Source: Actinomycetes bacterium (GTDB lineage: Bacteria > Actinomycetota > Coriobacteriia > Coriobacteriales > Eggerthellaceae). Taken from it: a stretch of DNA of 64,000 nucleotides. A program made the translations under genes and the position numbers. This document shows, piece by piece, positions 19,745 to 28,966 of this stretch. The notes under the pieces were generated by a model that saw only the letters and a list, made by a program, of their open reading frames with translations, had not been told where the DNA came from and searched no databases. Position 1 is the first letter of the stretch, and every line of letters starts with the position of its first letter. The stretch covers positions 3,501 to 67,500 of the forward strand of contig JAEZDJ010000065.1 of assembly GCA_023429565.1 (NCBI GenBank), read 5' to 3'.

Positions 19745-21748
19745 ATGTTCGGCCTGGTGAGCTTTCCCTTGATAGCCCTTGCAATTACGCTGCCGTACAT
19801 GATAGTCCAATACCGCAAGTTTGGATCGATTCCCTGGCTGCGCACCGTCATCGTCTATTCGTTCGTCTTCTATCTGATGGTCGCCTACTACATGGTGATC
19901 CTCCCCCTGCCCGAAGACCGGACGGCTTACGTGGCGTATGCCGCACAGCCACAGCTGACGCCCTTCCTGTTTGCGCGAACCATCCTTGAAGCAATGGCCA
20001 GGTCGGCCAGCAATCCCTCCACCTGGCTAGGCCTGATCAAGAATCCAACGGCATACGAGGCCTTTCTCAATATCGTTCTGCTGGTTCCCCTTGGCATGTA
20101 TCTTCGCTACTATTTCAGGCGAACGTGGTGGCAAACGTTGCTTATCGGATTTGGCACCACCCTGTTCTTCGAGCTTTCGCAGCTCACCGGCCTTTGGGGA
20201 ATCTACGCACATCCCTACCGACTGTTCGACGTCGACGACCTCATGCTCAACACGCTTGGTGCGATGACCGGATACTGGCTGGCGGGGCCTCTCATGCGAA
20301 GGCTGCCGGACATCAGGATAGTCAACGAGGAGGCACGGGAGGCGGGCCTGCGCGCGGGAGCGCTGCGTCGCGCTCTCTCGTTCGGGCTGGACACCGTTGT
20401 GGCGGCAATGGCGTCAGGTGGCATGACCGCGCTTCTCTACTCCCTGGGATCAGGAGGCGCGGCAGAAGCGGCGGGCCTCCCCTGGGGAACGGCAGCGTAC
20501 GCAGCGGCGCTGGCAAGCTTTCTCTTGTTCTTCGTCGCCATTCCATGCCTCACCCACGGCCAGACCCTCGGCCAGAAGCTTCTGCGCCTGTGCATCGTCA
20601 GGCCCGACGCCCGGATCGCGAAGTGGTACCACTATCTTGCGCGGTACGGATTGCTATACCTCTTCGTCGCGCTTCCCTTCGTAGCGCTCGACGGCATCGT
20701 TTCCTTCGGCGGGACGGACGCTTCAGAACTGGGATCGACATCTGACTTCTTCGAGCGATATCGGACGGAACTCATCTGGATATGGCTTGTCCTCATGGCC
20801 ACATGGGCCATCACACTCCTCTTCAGAGCCGTGCACGCCGCCCACGCCAAAGAACCATTCATCATGTTGAACGGGCTGATCAGCACAACACGCGTCATGT
20901 CGGTGGAGGGAGCCGCACGCGAACGTGAGCGGCGGGCAGCACTCGACGTCAGCCAGGTCGCGGCACTTGAGCGCGCACTAGCCGACGACGGCATTCCCCT
21001 TTCAGACCTCATGGCCCGTGCGGGGGCCGCCGTCGCCGTCGCCGTGCGCCAGCAGGTGCCCGACCCGGCCCCCATCGTCGTGCTTGCCGGTGCGGGCAAC
21101 AACGGAGGCGACGGCTGGGTTGTGGCGCGGCTTCTGGCCGAAGCCGGCTATGCCGTCACCCTGATGGCACCCGACCTGGCAGAACGCCTCCGCACCGAGC
21201 CCGCCCGCACGACGGCGATCGACGCGTTCGTCGCCACGGCACGGCAAGACCTGCCGCTTCGCGTGATTGTCCGTCCCGAAATTGACCAACTTGACGGCGC
21301 AATGGAAGACGCCGCCGCGATAGTCGACGCAATGCTGGGCACCGGCTTTTCGGGAGACGAGGTGCGGGAACCCTTCGCACGCTGGATCGAATGCGCCAAT
21401 CAGCGGCGATTCGAGGGGTCACGCAGGCCGGGGCACGGAAGGCACCGAAGGCGAACGCGTGCCCGAAAGAGCCATGAAATCGACAAACGGCGAAGCATGC
21501 CCGAGCCGGCAAAGGGTGCGCCTTTTGCCGTCGCCGTTGACGTCCCAAGCGGACTCTCGGCGCAAACCGGAAAAGCGGCGCGGCCCTGTTTTGCCGCCGA
21601 CCTCACCGTCACCATGCTTGCGTTCAAGCCAGGACTGGTCACACCCACAGCGCAACGCTACACGGGAATTGTCCGCCTGGCAGAACTCGTCGACACGAAA
21701 CCCTATCGGGAGAAATTGACGGCCACGGGCCAAGGAAGCGTCGATTGA
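19745..21748 (+). CDS. Membrane fusion protein: VanZ-like + RDD domain + NAD(P)H-hydrate epimerase (YjeF_N/NnrE) domain
   Basis: - VanZ-like block: LLVPLGMYLRYYF...FFELSQLTG...DVDDLMLNTLGAMTGYW.
- RDD-like block: RRALSFGLDTVVAA...HGQTLGQKLLRLCIV.
- C-terminal NnrE motifs: LAGAGNNGGDGWV, DAMLGTGFSG, DVPSGL.
- Start uncertain: the track ORF begins at 19568 and would overlap the upstream gene. Confidence 0.75.
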   Translation: MFGLVSFPLIALAITLPYMIVQYRKFGSIPWLRTVIVYSFVFYLMVAYYMVILPLPEDRTAYVAYAAQPQLTPFLFARTILEAMARSASNPSTWLGLIKNPTAYEAFLNIVLLVPLGMYLRYYFRRTWWQTLLIGFGTTLFFELSQLTGLWGIYAHPYRLFDVDDLMLNTLGAMTGYWLAGPLMRRLPDIRIVNEEAREAGLRAGALRRALSFGLDTVVAAMASGGMTALLYSLGSGGAAEAAGLPWGTAAYAAALASFLLFFVAIPCLTHGQTLGQKLLRLCIVRPDARIAKWYHYLARYGLLYLFVALPFVALDGIVSFGGTDASELGSTSDFFERYRTELIWIWLVLMATWAITLLFRAVHAAHAKEPFIMLNGLISTTRVMSVEGAARERERRAALDVSQVAALERALADDGIPLSDLMARAGAAVAVAVRQQVPDPAPIVVLAGAGNNGGDGWVVARLLAEAGYAVTLMAPDLAERLRTEPARTTAIDAFVATARQDLPLRVIVRPEIDQLDGAMEDAAAIVDAMLGTGFSGDEVREPFARWIECANQRRFEGSRRPGHGRHRRRTRARKSHEIDKRRSMPEPAKGAPFAVAVDVPSGLSAQTGKAARPCFAADLTVTMLAFKPGLVTPTAQRYTGIVRLAELVDTKPYREKLTATGQGSVD

Positions 21749-22031
21749 AGCGAGGCCGTCGGCCACGCGAGCCCGTTTCTTGCTGGGCGAGCGAAGAAAC
21801 CGCAGGCGTGCTGGCGGCACGTCGAGGATTCCTGAGCCTGATCCAGCGGGAAACGGGCCAGCTGGACGGCGTGCCGAGTTAGTCGGCGCTTCCCGAGGAG
21901 GATGACGCCTGACCTGTCGCATTGGGCAGACGGCTTCGCCCCGCTTGCCGCCATGCGCAGGCGCGCCTCCACAAAGACGATGCGCTCGGGGATGCCCCGC
22001 CTTCGCAAAGCACTCGAGGGGTCAGGATGGG

Positions 22032-23033
22032 CTACAGACCGTAAAACTCGGTCGTGAGAGGGCGGCTCGTGAGCAAAGCCGCCGCCTCGCGGGGATCGTC
22101 ACCACCCCAGACAATGCCACGCACGACATCGGTGATGGGAAGCTCCACGTCATAGTGGTCAGAAAGGGTCTTGAGGGTCTTGCAGGCGAGCGCGCCCTCC
22201 GCCACCATATGCGTCTGTTCCGTGAAATCGTCAAGCGTGCCGCCTGCGGCAAGCAGCTTGCCGAAACGACGGTTGCGAGAATGCTCTGAGGTGCAGGTCG
22301 CTATGAGGTCCCCTGTGCCCGCAAGCCCCATGCAGGTGATGGAGCGTCCCCCCGCGCGAACGACAAGGCGGCTCATTTCCGCAAGGCCCCGCGTCATGAG
22401 CATGGCAGCCGTGTTGTCACCGTATCCGATGCCGTAGGAAAGGCCCACGGCAATGGCGATGACGTTCTTGAACGCCGCGCACAGTTCAACTCCGCACACG
22501 TCGTCGCTCATGTAGGTGCGAAACGAGTCTGTCGCAAAAAGCTTCTGGAAGAATTCGGCCGTGTCCCGCGACGAGCTGGCGATGACCGTCCCCGACGGAA
22601 TGCCCTTGATGACTTCTTCCGCATGATTCGGTCCTGAAAGCACGGCAAGCCGATGAGCCCCGCCCATTTCAGCTTCAAACACTTCGACAGGCAGCAAGCC
22701 GCTCCCGTCCTCCACCCCCTTGGAGCAGATGATGACAGGAAAATCGGCATCGACCACATCGGACAGCGCACGAGCGACTCCGCGCATGAGACTTGAGGGG
22801 GTGACGATGACGGCCGCCCTTGCCCTCAGCAGCGCGTCACGATAGGACAGGGTGGCGACGATGCTTTCATGCAGCTCGACATCGCTCAGATAGCGGCAAT
22901 TTCGATGCTCCGCGTTGATGCCCTTCACCACTTCGGGCTTGCGTGCCCACAGTCCCACGTTGCAGCCGTTTCCGGCCAGCAGCTGGGCAAGGGCCGTGCC
23001 CCATGACCCCGCTCCGATGACGGCTATCTTCAT
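22032..23033 (-). CDS. gpsA: NAD(P)H-dependent glycerol-3-phosphate dehydrogenase
   Basis: MKIAVIGAGSWGTALAQLLA..., 333 aa. Confidence 0.93.
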   Translation of the reverse strand: MKIAVIGAGSWGTALAQLLAGNGCNVGLWARKPEVVKGINAEHRNCRYLSDVELHESIVATLSYRDALLRARAAVIVTPSSLMRGVARALSDVVDADFPVIICSKGVEDGSGLLPVEVFEAEMGGAHRLAVLSGPNHAEEVIKGIPSGTVIASSSRDTAEFFQKLFATDSFRTYMSDDVCGVELCAAFKNVIAIAVGLSYGIGYGDNTAAMLMTRGLAEMSRLVVRAGGRSITCMGLAGTGDLIATCTSEHSRNRRFGKLLAAGGTLDDFTEQTHMVAEGALACKTLKTLSDHYDVELPITDVVRGIVWGGDDPREAAALLTSRPLTTEFYGL

Positions 23034-23042
23034 GGCAGGCTC

Positions 23043-23702
23043 CTATGCTCTCTTCTTGCTGCCGACGCGGCTTTCCGTTCCCGCCCGAAGGCGGCTTATG
23101 TTTTCGCGATGAGCCCACAGGACAGTGAGGCCAACCAGGGCGCACAGCACGACCGTCGGCCAATTGTCCCAGAAGAAGAACAGCGCGAGAAACGGACAGG
23201 CGACCGCGGCGGCTATCGAGCCCAGTGACACATACTTCGTGATCACGACGACCACGATGAAGATGGCAAGCTCCAAACAGGCCCCAACGGGACCGAACAC
23301 CATAAAAAGACACCCCACGGCGACGGCTATGCCCTTTCCTCCCTTGAACTTCAGCCAGGGGCTGAAGACATGCCCCCAGACACACGCAAGGAAGGAGATG
23401 CCCAGCATGGTGTCATAGCTCACGGGAGAGCCGGGCGCGAGGCCCCCTCCCGGCAAAAGCCACCAGCTGAACGCCAGGGCAAGGACCCCTGACAGCAAGC
23501 CTTTCCCGAAATCGAGAACGAAAACGGCATACCCGCCCACCTTGCCCATGGTGCGAATCGCATTCGTCGTGCCGATGTTTCCCGAGCCATGCTCGCGGAT
23601 GTCCGTATGATAGAACACCTTGGAGATGATGAGCCCAAAGGGAATGGAGCCCAAGAGAAATGCCACGACAAAGAGCGCGGCGGGCGCAAAGAGATACTGC
23701 AT
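23043..23702 (-). CDS. plsY: Glycerol-3-phosphate acyltransferase PlsY
   Basis: GSGNIGTTNAIR motif; polytopic; 219 aa. Confidence 0.92.
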   Translation of the reverse strand: MQYLFAPAALFVVAFLLGSIPFGLIISKVFYHTDIREHGSGNIGTTNAIRTMGKVGGYAVFVLDFGKGLLSGVLALAFSWWLLPGGGLAPGSPVSYDTMLGISFLACVWGHVFSPWLKFKGGKGIAVAVGCLFMVFGPVGACLELAIFIVVVVITKYVSLGSIAAAVACPFLALFFFWDNWPTVVLCALVGLTVLWAHRENISRLRAGTESRVGSKKRA

Positions 23703-23710
23703 TGGTTCAC

Positions 23711-25024
23711 TTAGTCCTTTTTCTTGAATTTGAGCCTGATAGGCGTTCCGACAAGGTCAAAATTCTCCCGCATGCGGTTCTCGAGATAGCGTTCATAGTT
23801 GTCATCGACCAAATCAGAATGGTTCACGAAGAAGGTGAACTGGGGTGGACGGACCGCAGTCTGCGTGACGTACTTCATGCGGAGCACGGCCTTGCCCTTG
23901 GTGACCACATGCCCAACCTCTCGAATGCCCTGCAGCCAGACGTTGAGCCGGTTCGTCGGAACGGTCTGACCGTAGTTCTCGTACGCCGTGTCCACGGCAT
24001 CCCAGATGCGGTCGACCTTTTTGCCCGTGAGGGCAGAAATGGCGATGACAGGCGCATAGCCCACGAATCCGAGGCGGTCGGCGATGCGCTCACGTATTTC
24101 TGCCTTGGCTTCCGGCCCTTCGACGAGATCCCATTTGTTCAGCACGATGACCATGGCGCAGCCACGGTCGGCCGCGAAGTTGGCAACGCGCTGATCTTGA
24201 TCGGTGAGGCCGATTGACGAGTCGATCACCAGGAGCGCCACATCGGCCCGATCGATGGCCCTCATGGCACGCACAAATCCGTAATACTCCACGTCTTGGT
24301 CAATCTGGCTTTTGCGTCGCAGGCCGGCCGTGTCGACAATGGTGTACTGCTTCCCCGCATGCTCGATATGGGTGTCGATGGCATCGCGCGTGGTGCCGGC
24401 GACATCGGACACGATGGAACGCTCGCCCTGCGCGAACCGGTTCATCAAAGACGACTTGCCCGCATTGGGCCGCCCGATGATGGCCACGTTGATCGACGGA
24501 CTTTCCTCCTCGCCAGGACGACCGACATCGCGAATGGATTCGATGAGGGAGTCAAGCAAGTCGCCTGTCCCATGTCCATGCAAGGCCGAAACGGGCCAAG
24601 GATCCCCCAGCCCCAACTTATAGAACTCCCACGTCTCATCCATGCGGCCCGGCGTGTCCATCTTGTTCACAACGAGGAACACCGGCTTGCCTGATGCATG
24701 CAGGATGCGCGCGACCTCCTCATCCTCAACCTGGATGCCGGTCCTGCCGTCGACGACGAACACGATGGCATCCGCTTCGCTCGCGCCAGCGAGCGCTTGG
24801 TTGCGAATGGATCCTTGGAACGCATCGTCGTGTCCCGTCTCGATTCCGCCCGTGTCGATGAGCGTGAAGGGAACTCCGTTCCAGTCGGTTTCATGGTATG
24901 AGCGATCACGCGTGACGCCGCGCATCTCATGGACGATGGCCTCATCAGCCTGAGCTATGCGGTTGACGAACGTGGACTTGCCAACATTTGGCCGACCCAC
25001 CACCGCGACAATTGGTAACGACAT
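23711..25024 (-). CDS. der: Ribosome-biogenesis GTPase Der (EngA)
   Basis: Two G domains (GRPNVGKST and GRPNAGKSS) plus a KH-like C-terminus; 437 aa. Confidence 0.94.
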   Translation of the reverse strand: MSLPIVAVVGRPNVGKSTFVNRIAQADEAIVHEMRGVTRDRSYHETDWNGVPFTLIDTGGIETGHDDAFQGSIRNQALAGASEADAIVFVVDGRTGIQVEDEEVARILHASGKPVFLVVNKMDTPGRMDETWEFYKLGLGDPWPVSALHGHGTGDLLDSLIESIRDVGRPGEEESPSINVAIIGRPNAGKSSLMNRFAQGERSIVSDVAGTTRDAIDTHIEHAGKQYTIVDTAGLRRKSQIDQDVEYYGFVRAMRAIDRADVALLVIDSSIGLTDQDQRVANFAADRGCAMVIVLNKWDLVEGPEAKAEIRERIADRLGFVGYAPVIAISALTGKKVDRIWDAVDTAYENYGQTVPTNRLNVWLQGIREVGHVVTKGKAVLRMKYVTQTAVRPPQFTFFVNHSDLVDDNYERYLENRMRENFDLVGTPIRLKFKKKD

Positions 25025-25052
25025 GACACATCCTCACAGGTTGATTCTTCAA

Positions 25053-26513
25053 TCACAGGCCGGCTTCGCGCTCGGCCAGGTCGGCAATCTCCCGCAGGAA
25101 ACCCGATGCGTTACAGGATACCACGGACAGGTGCGCCCCCGTGGCGTTTTCCATATCCTCAACCGTCATGTCGTCAAGCGTGACCATGTCATCGTTGAAA
25201 ACGACGCGGGGGACGGCGTAGAGGATTCCCCCTCCCCCGCTCCGCCGTCCAAGGCCGTCGGCATGGCGGATAGCCTCGACGATGTCGACGCCGCACAGGA
25301 GGCCGGTGACATCGACGTTGCCTCCGAAAAAATCGTTCTTCACAAAAAACGGCTCAAAGCGATCAACGAGCTCGCTCCGGGAGACAAGGGGCAGGAGGAA
25401 CTCGCGGGTGGCATAGCCCGCAAGGTAGCGGACGCGCAGGTTTGAGCGACGAAGGCACTCCGCCGCACGGCCGACAAGCCCCTCCTCTTCCGCCTGCGTC
25501 CAGTCGTCGACAAACGAGCGTATGATGCCAACGCCATCCTCGAACATGCCAAAATCGCCGTACCAACTGGCAGGGGGCAGGTTCTCGATCAGGCTGGCGC
25601 CATAGGCTCGCGAGTAAAACTCGTCGGCCGCAAAAACCCACGGGGTGCCACGGTCGGCAAGAGCCCGACGCTGGAACGGGATGACAAGATCCATCACGGC
25701 GTGAGCGGCTTCCTGGCCATCGAAGCTCCGCGTGAACTGCCTTTGATGTTTCGTGAACCCCAAGGGCACGATGCACACGTCCACGATGCCGGGACGGGCG
25801 TAAGCCCATCGCAACGTTTCCTCAAGCACCGCCCCGTCGTTCTCGTCAGGCATGAGGACGATCTGCGCGTGAAACTCGATGCCTGCATCCAGCAGGCGAT
25901 CCAGCACGTCGATGCCATGCTGGGCATGGCGTCCGATGATGCGTCGCCGGACGTCGGCATCGACCGCATGAAGGGACACGCGCAAGGGCGAAATGCGCTG
26001 CTTGACGATGCGCGCCTCATCCTCTGCGCTCAGGTTCGTGAACGTCACGAACGTGCCTGAAAGGAAGCTCAGGCGGAAGTCGTCGTCACGCAGCGTGAGG
26101 GAGGGGCGCATGTCGTCGGGAAGCTGTCTCATGAAACAGAAGATGCACGCATTGCGACACTGTTTCACGCCGTCGAACACGACGCCCTCGAACTCGAAAC
26201 CCCAGCGCTCGCCCTCCTCGCGCTCGAGCATCACCTCGCCAGCATCGCCCTCGAGATCAACGTATCCAACCAGCATGGCGTCATCGGCAGAAAGCCAGCG
26301 CCAGTCGATGAGGTCGCGCACGGGATGTCCGTCGACCGCCGTCACGAAGCAGTCCGGTTCGAACCCGGCATCGTCTGCGGGGCTGCCAGGCTCGACGCCA
26401 ATCACCCGCGCACGGGGCCTTTGGACCCTGCCGACGCAAGACGCAGCCCGCTCCACATCCTGTGGAGGGTACACCGGCATCGGCTCTCTCATCCCTGCAT
26501 CGCTCACCCGCAC
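25053..26513 (-). CDS. DUF512 / PDZ-domain radical-SAM-like protein
   Basis: PDZ-like N-terminus (VEPGSPADDAGF), CRNACIFC (Cx3Cx2C), DUF512-like C-terminus. Conserved position upstream of der. Start probably downstream of 26513. Confidence 0.78.
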   Translation of the reverse strand: MRVSDAGMREPMPVYPPQDVERAASCVGRVQRPRARVIGVEPGSPADDAGFEPDCFVTAVDGHPVRDLIDWRWLSADDAMLVGYVDLEGDAGEVMLEREEGERWGFEFEGVVFDGVKQCRNACIFCFMRQLPDDMRPSLTLRDDDFRLSFLSGTFVTFTNLSAEDEARIVKQRISPLRVSLHAVDADVRRRIIGRHAQHGIDVLDRLLDAGIEFHAQIVLMPDENDGAVLEETLRWAYARPGIVDVCIVPLGFTKHQRQFTRSFDGQEAAHAVMDLVIPFQRRALADRGTPWVFAADEFYSRAYGASLIENLPPASWYGDFGMFEDGVGIIRSFVDDWTQAEEEGLVGRAAECLRRSNLRVRYLAGYATREFLLPLVSRSELVDRFEPFFVKNDFFGGNVDVTGLLCGVDIVEAIRHADGLGRRSGGGGILYAVPRVVFNDDMVTLDDMTVEDMENATGAHLSVVSCNASGFLREIADLAEREAGL

Positions 26514-26535
26514 CGCGCTCCGTCCACGCCGCCCG

Positions 26536-27372
26536 CTACAGCGCTTCCAAGCGCGCGACTACGGCATCAATATGATCTTCAGGAGTGGAGGCGCCCGCAG
26601 TGACGCCGACCACCGCGCAGCCCAAGAACCAATCATCGTCAATCTCGTCAGGCGTTTCCACATGATGGGTGCGCGGACAGGCAGCGGCGCAGATGTCGGC
26701 GAGCCGCGTGGTGTTAGAGGAGTTCCTACCGCCAATCACCACGATAGCATCCACCTTTCCGGCAAGCGACGCCGCGGCCTCCTGGCGCTGGCGCGTCGCG
26801 AAGCAAACTGTGTCCTGGACCTCGGGATCGATGCCGCGCCCTTTCAGCCCCTCGACAACGGACTCAAGCGCCTCGCGCGTCTGGGTGGTTTGGACGACGA
26901 CGCCGACCGATCCCCTGAGGGAATCCGAAACGTCTTCTGGGCCCCCGGCAACCACCACGTCGCCGCCGACTTCGCGGGCATAGGCCACCAATCCCTCGAC
27001 CTCCGGATGTCCCGCCTCCCCCACAACCACCACATGCTCGCAGCGACGCGCGAGATCGGCCGCAGCCTTCTGGGCACGCGCCACATGCGGACACGTCGCA
27101 TCGATCACCTCAAGCGATCGAGCCTCCACCGCATGCCGCACCTCGGGCGTCACGCCGTGGCTGCGGATGATGACCGAGCCGTGGTCCACCGCATCCGGGC
27201 CGTCGACGGCCCGGATGCCCCGCTCGGCGAGATCGGCCACAACCTGGGGATTATGGATGAGAGGACCGAGGGTGGATGCGCCCTCGCCGCCCTCGGCAGC
27301 CACAAGGGCCATGTCGAGCGCACGGCGCACGCCATAGCAGGCACCGGCATGCGTTGCCTTGACAACCTTCAT
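26536..27372 (-). CDS. ispH: 4-hydroxy-3-methylbut-2-enyl diphosphate reductase
   Basis: MKVVKATHAGACYGVRRAL..., IDATCPHV, GGRNSSNT. Confidence 0.92.
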   Translation of the reverse strand: MKVVKATHAGACYGVRRALDMALVAAEGGEGASTLGPLIHNPQVVADLAERGIRAVDGPDAVDHGSVIIRSHGVTPEVRHAVEARSLEVIDATCPHVARAQKAAADLARRCEHVVVVGEAGHPEVEGLVAYAREVGGDVVVAGGPEDVSDSLRGSVGVVVQTTQTREALESVVEGLKGRGIDPEVQDTVCFATRQRQEAAASLAGKVDAIVVIGGRNSSNTTRLADICAAACPRTHHVETPDEIDDDWFLGCAVVGVTAGASTPEDHIDAVVARLEAL

Positions 27373-28229
27373 GGGCGGACCTCCTTTGCCCTTTCGCTCA
27401 CGGCAGATGCACCGCCCAAGCCAGCCCTCGCCGCCTCCGCAGCCTCGATCTCCGCAACAAGCTCCTCGGAGGTGTGCACCGGCACGGGATGTTTGGCAAA
27501 TTCCTCGGTGAAATCGCGACCGCCGGGAAAGAGGGCTCCCATGTCAACTTGATCGGGGGAAACGCGCTGCGACAATGCAAAGCACTCGCGCATCGCATAC
27601 CAGGTGCATCCATCAAGTCGATCCTCCTTCGGCAGAAAGTCGAAGTCGCTCACAACCAGAGGATTGCCATACTCGATGGTGATTTTTGGGAAGCGGAAGA
27701 ACTTGCCCTTCTGCTTCACGAGCTCGGCGTTGCGCACCGTCATGGGAAGAAGGGGTGCATGCCCCATCTTCGCGATAAAGGCCGCGCCCGAATGTATTTC
27801 TGGAGTCATCGAGCCCTTTCCGCGACGGGTTCCCTCCGGAAGAATTCCCACCACCTCGCCATTCCGCAGCATGCGTGTCGCCCGCTTGATGGCCGTCCGG
27901 TCCGCCGCGTCCCGTTTGACCGGAAAGGCGCCCACTCGCGAGAGAATATGCCCGACCAGCCCATGGACGTTGCCGAACAGGGTCTCGCGCCCCAGGAAGC
28001 GCACCCACTGCGACGGACGGGCCGCCAGATACATGAAGGCCACGTCGAGGAAGGAGGTGTGGTTGCTGACGACGAGCACCCCGCTCTTGCCCTGGAAGCG
28101 CCGCAAGTTCATGCGACCATCCACCCGATAGCGGAAACATATCTTAAAGACGAAGGCGAGGAAGCCATAGATCAGATTTCCCAGCAGATGGGGCACCTGC
28201 CGCTCGGACGACGTGCCCCCAAGGGGCAT
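27369..28229 (-). CDS. plsC: 1-acyl-sn-glycerol-3-phosphate acyltransferase
   Basis: NHTSFLD (HX4D) and PEGTR motifs. Internal ATG at 28229 avoids overlap with cmk. 4-nt overlap with ispH. Confidence 0.85.
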   Translation of the reverse strand: MPLGGTSSERQVPHLLGNLIYGFLAFVFKICFRYRVDGRMNLRRFQGKSGVLVVSNHTSFLDVAFMYLAARPSQWVRFLGRETLFGNVHGLVGHILSRVGAFPVKRDAADRTAIKRATRMLRNGEVVGILPEGTRRGKGSMTPEIHSGAAFIAKMGHAPLLPMTVRNAELVKQKGKFFRFPKITIEYGNPLVVSDFDFLPKEDRLDGCTWYAMRECFALSQRVSPDQVDMGALFPGGRDFTEEFAKHPVPVHTSEELVAEIEAAEAARAGLGGASAVSERAKEVRP

Positions 28230-28261
28230 GTCCCATAGTTTCTCATAAGGAAGCACGAGTC

Positions 28262-28966
28262 TCACAGGGACCTTTCTCCGCCATTGGCACGTTGGACCAT
28301 GCGCTCGCGCGCCAGTTCGCGGATATCCTCGATGACCCCCTCGATATAGCATCCGGTCGAGTTGAGAAGCACGGCGTCGTCGGCAGGCCTGAGAGGAGAG
28401 GCCGCGCGTGACGAATCATGCTCGTCACGGCGGCGGATGTCGGCGAGCACCGTTTCGTAGTCGATCGACCCGATGCCGCGATCGACGTTCTGCCGCACGC
28501 GGCGATGCGCCCGCTCCTCGTCGGATGCGGTCAAGAACACCTTGAGCTCCGCGGCGGGGAACACCGTCGTGCCGATGTCACGCCCTTCCACAACGAAGTT
28601 GCCCTCGCCACCGATTCTCCGCTGTTGCAGGACCAGCGCCTCGCGAACGCCAGGCACAGCAGACACGGGACTGACCGCCTTGTCGATCTGCTCGGTGCGA
28701 ATCGCATCCGTGACGTCAACGCCCCCGATGGAAACACGCTTTGGCGTGGGGTCGCCCTCCTCGTGGCCGAAGTCTATGTCGTATGCACGGGCGATGCCCG
28801 TCAGGCCCTCTTCGTCATCCAAGGCGACACCGTCCTGCAGCGCCTGCCAGGCAACAGCGCGATACATGGCTCCCGTGTCGAGGCAGGAGAAGCCAAGCTC
28901 GCGTGCGACAGCCTTCGCGACCGTCGACTTTCCGGCCCCGCTGGGCCCATCAATGGCAATGATCAT
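28262..28966 (-). CDS. cmk: Cytidylate kinase
   Basis: MIIAIDGPSGAGKSTVAKAVA...LDTGAMYR. Confidence 0.93.
   Translation of the reverse strand: MIIAIDGPSGAGKSTVAKAVARELGFSCLDTGAMYRAVAWQALQDGVALDDEEGLTGIARAYDIDFGHEEGDPTPKRVSIGGVDVTDAIRTEQIDKAVSPVSAVPGVREALVLQQRRIGGEGNFVVEGRDIGTTVFPAAELKVFLTASDEERAHRRVRQNVDRGIGSIDYETVLADIRRRDEHDSSRAASPLRPADDAVLLNSTGCYIEGVIEDIRELARERMVQRANGGERSL

Noticed and set aside
21749-22031. 283-nt convergent gap containing a 101-aa minus ORF (21703-22008). I considered an NnrD remnant, a small gene or an sRNA.
   Set aside because: The ORF text is Arg-rich and overlaps the end of the fusion gene. I saw no NnrD motifs in any frame and found no clear hairpin or terminator. 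Left unannotated.
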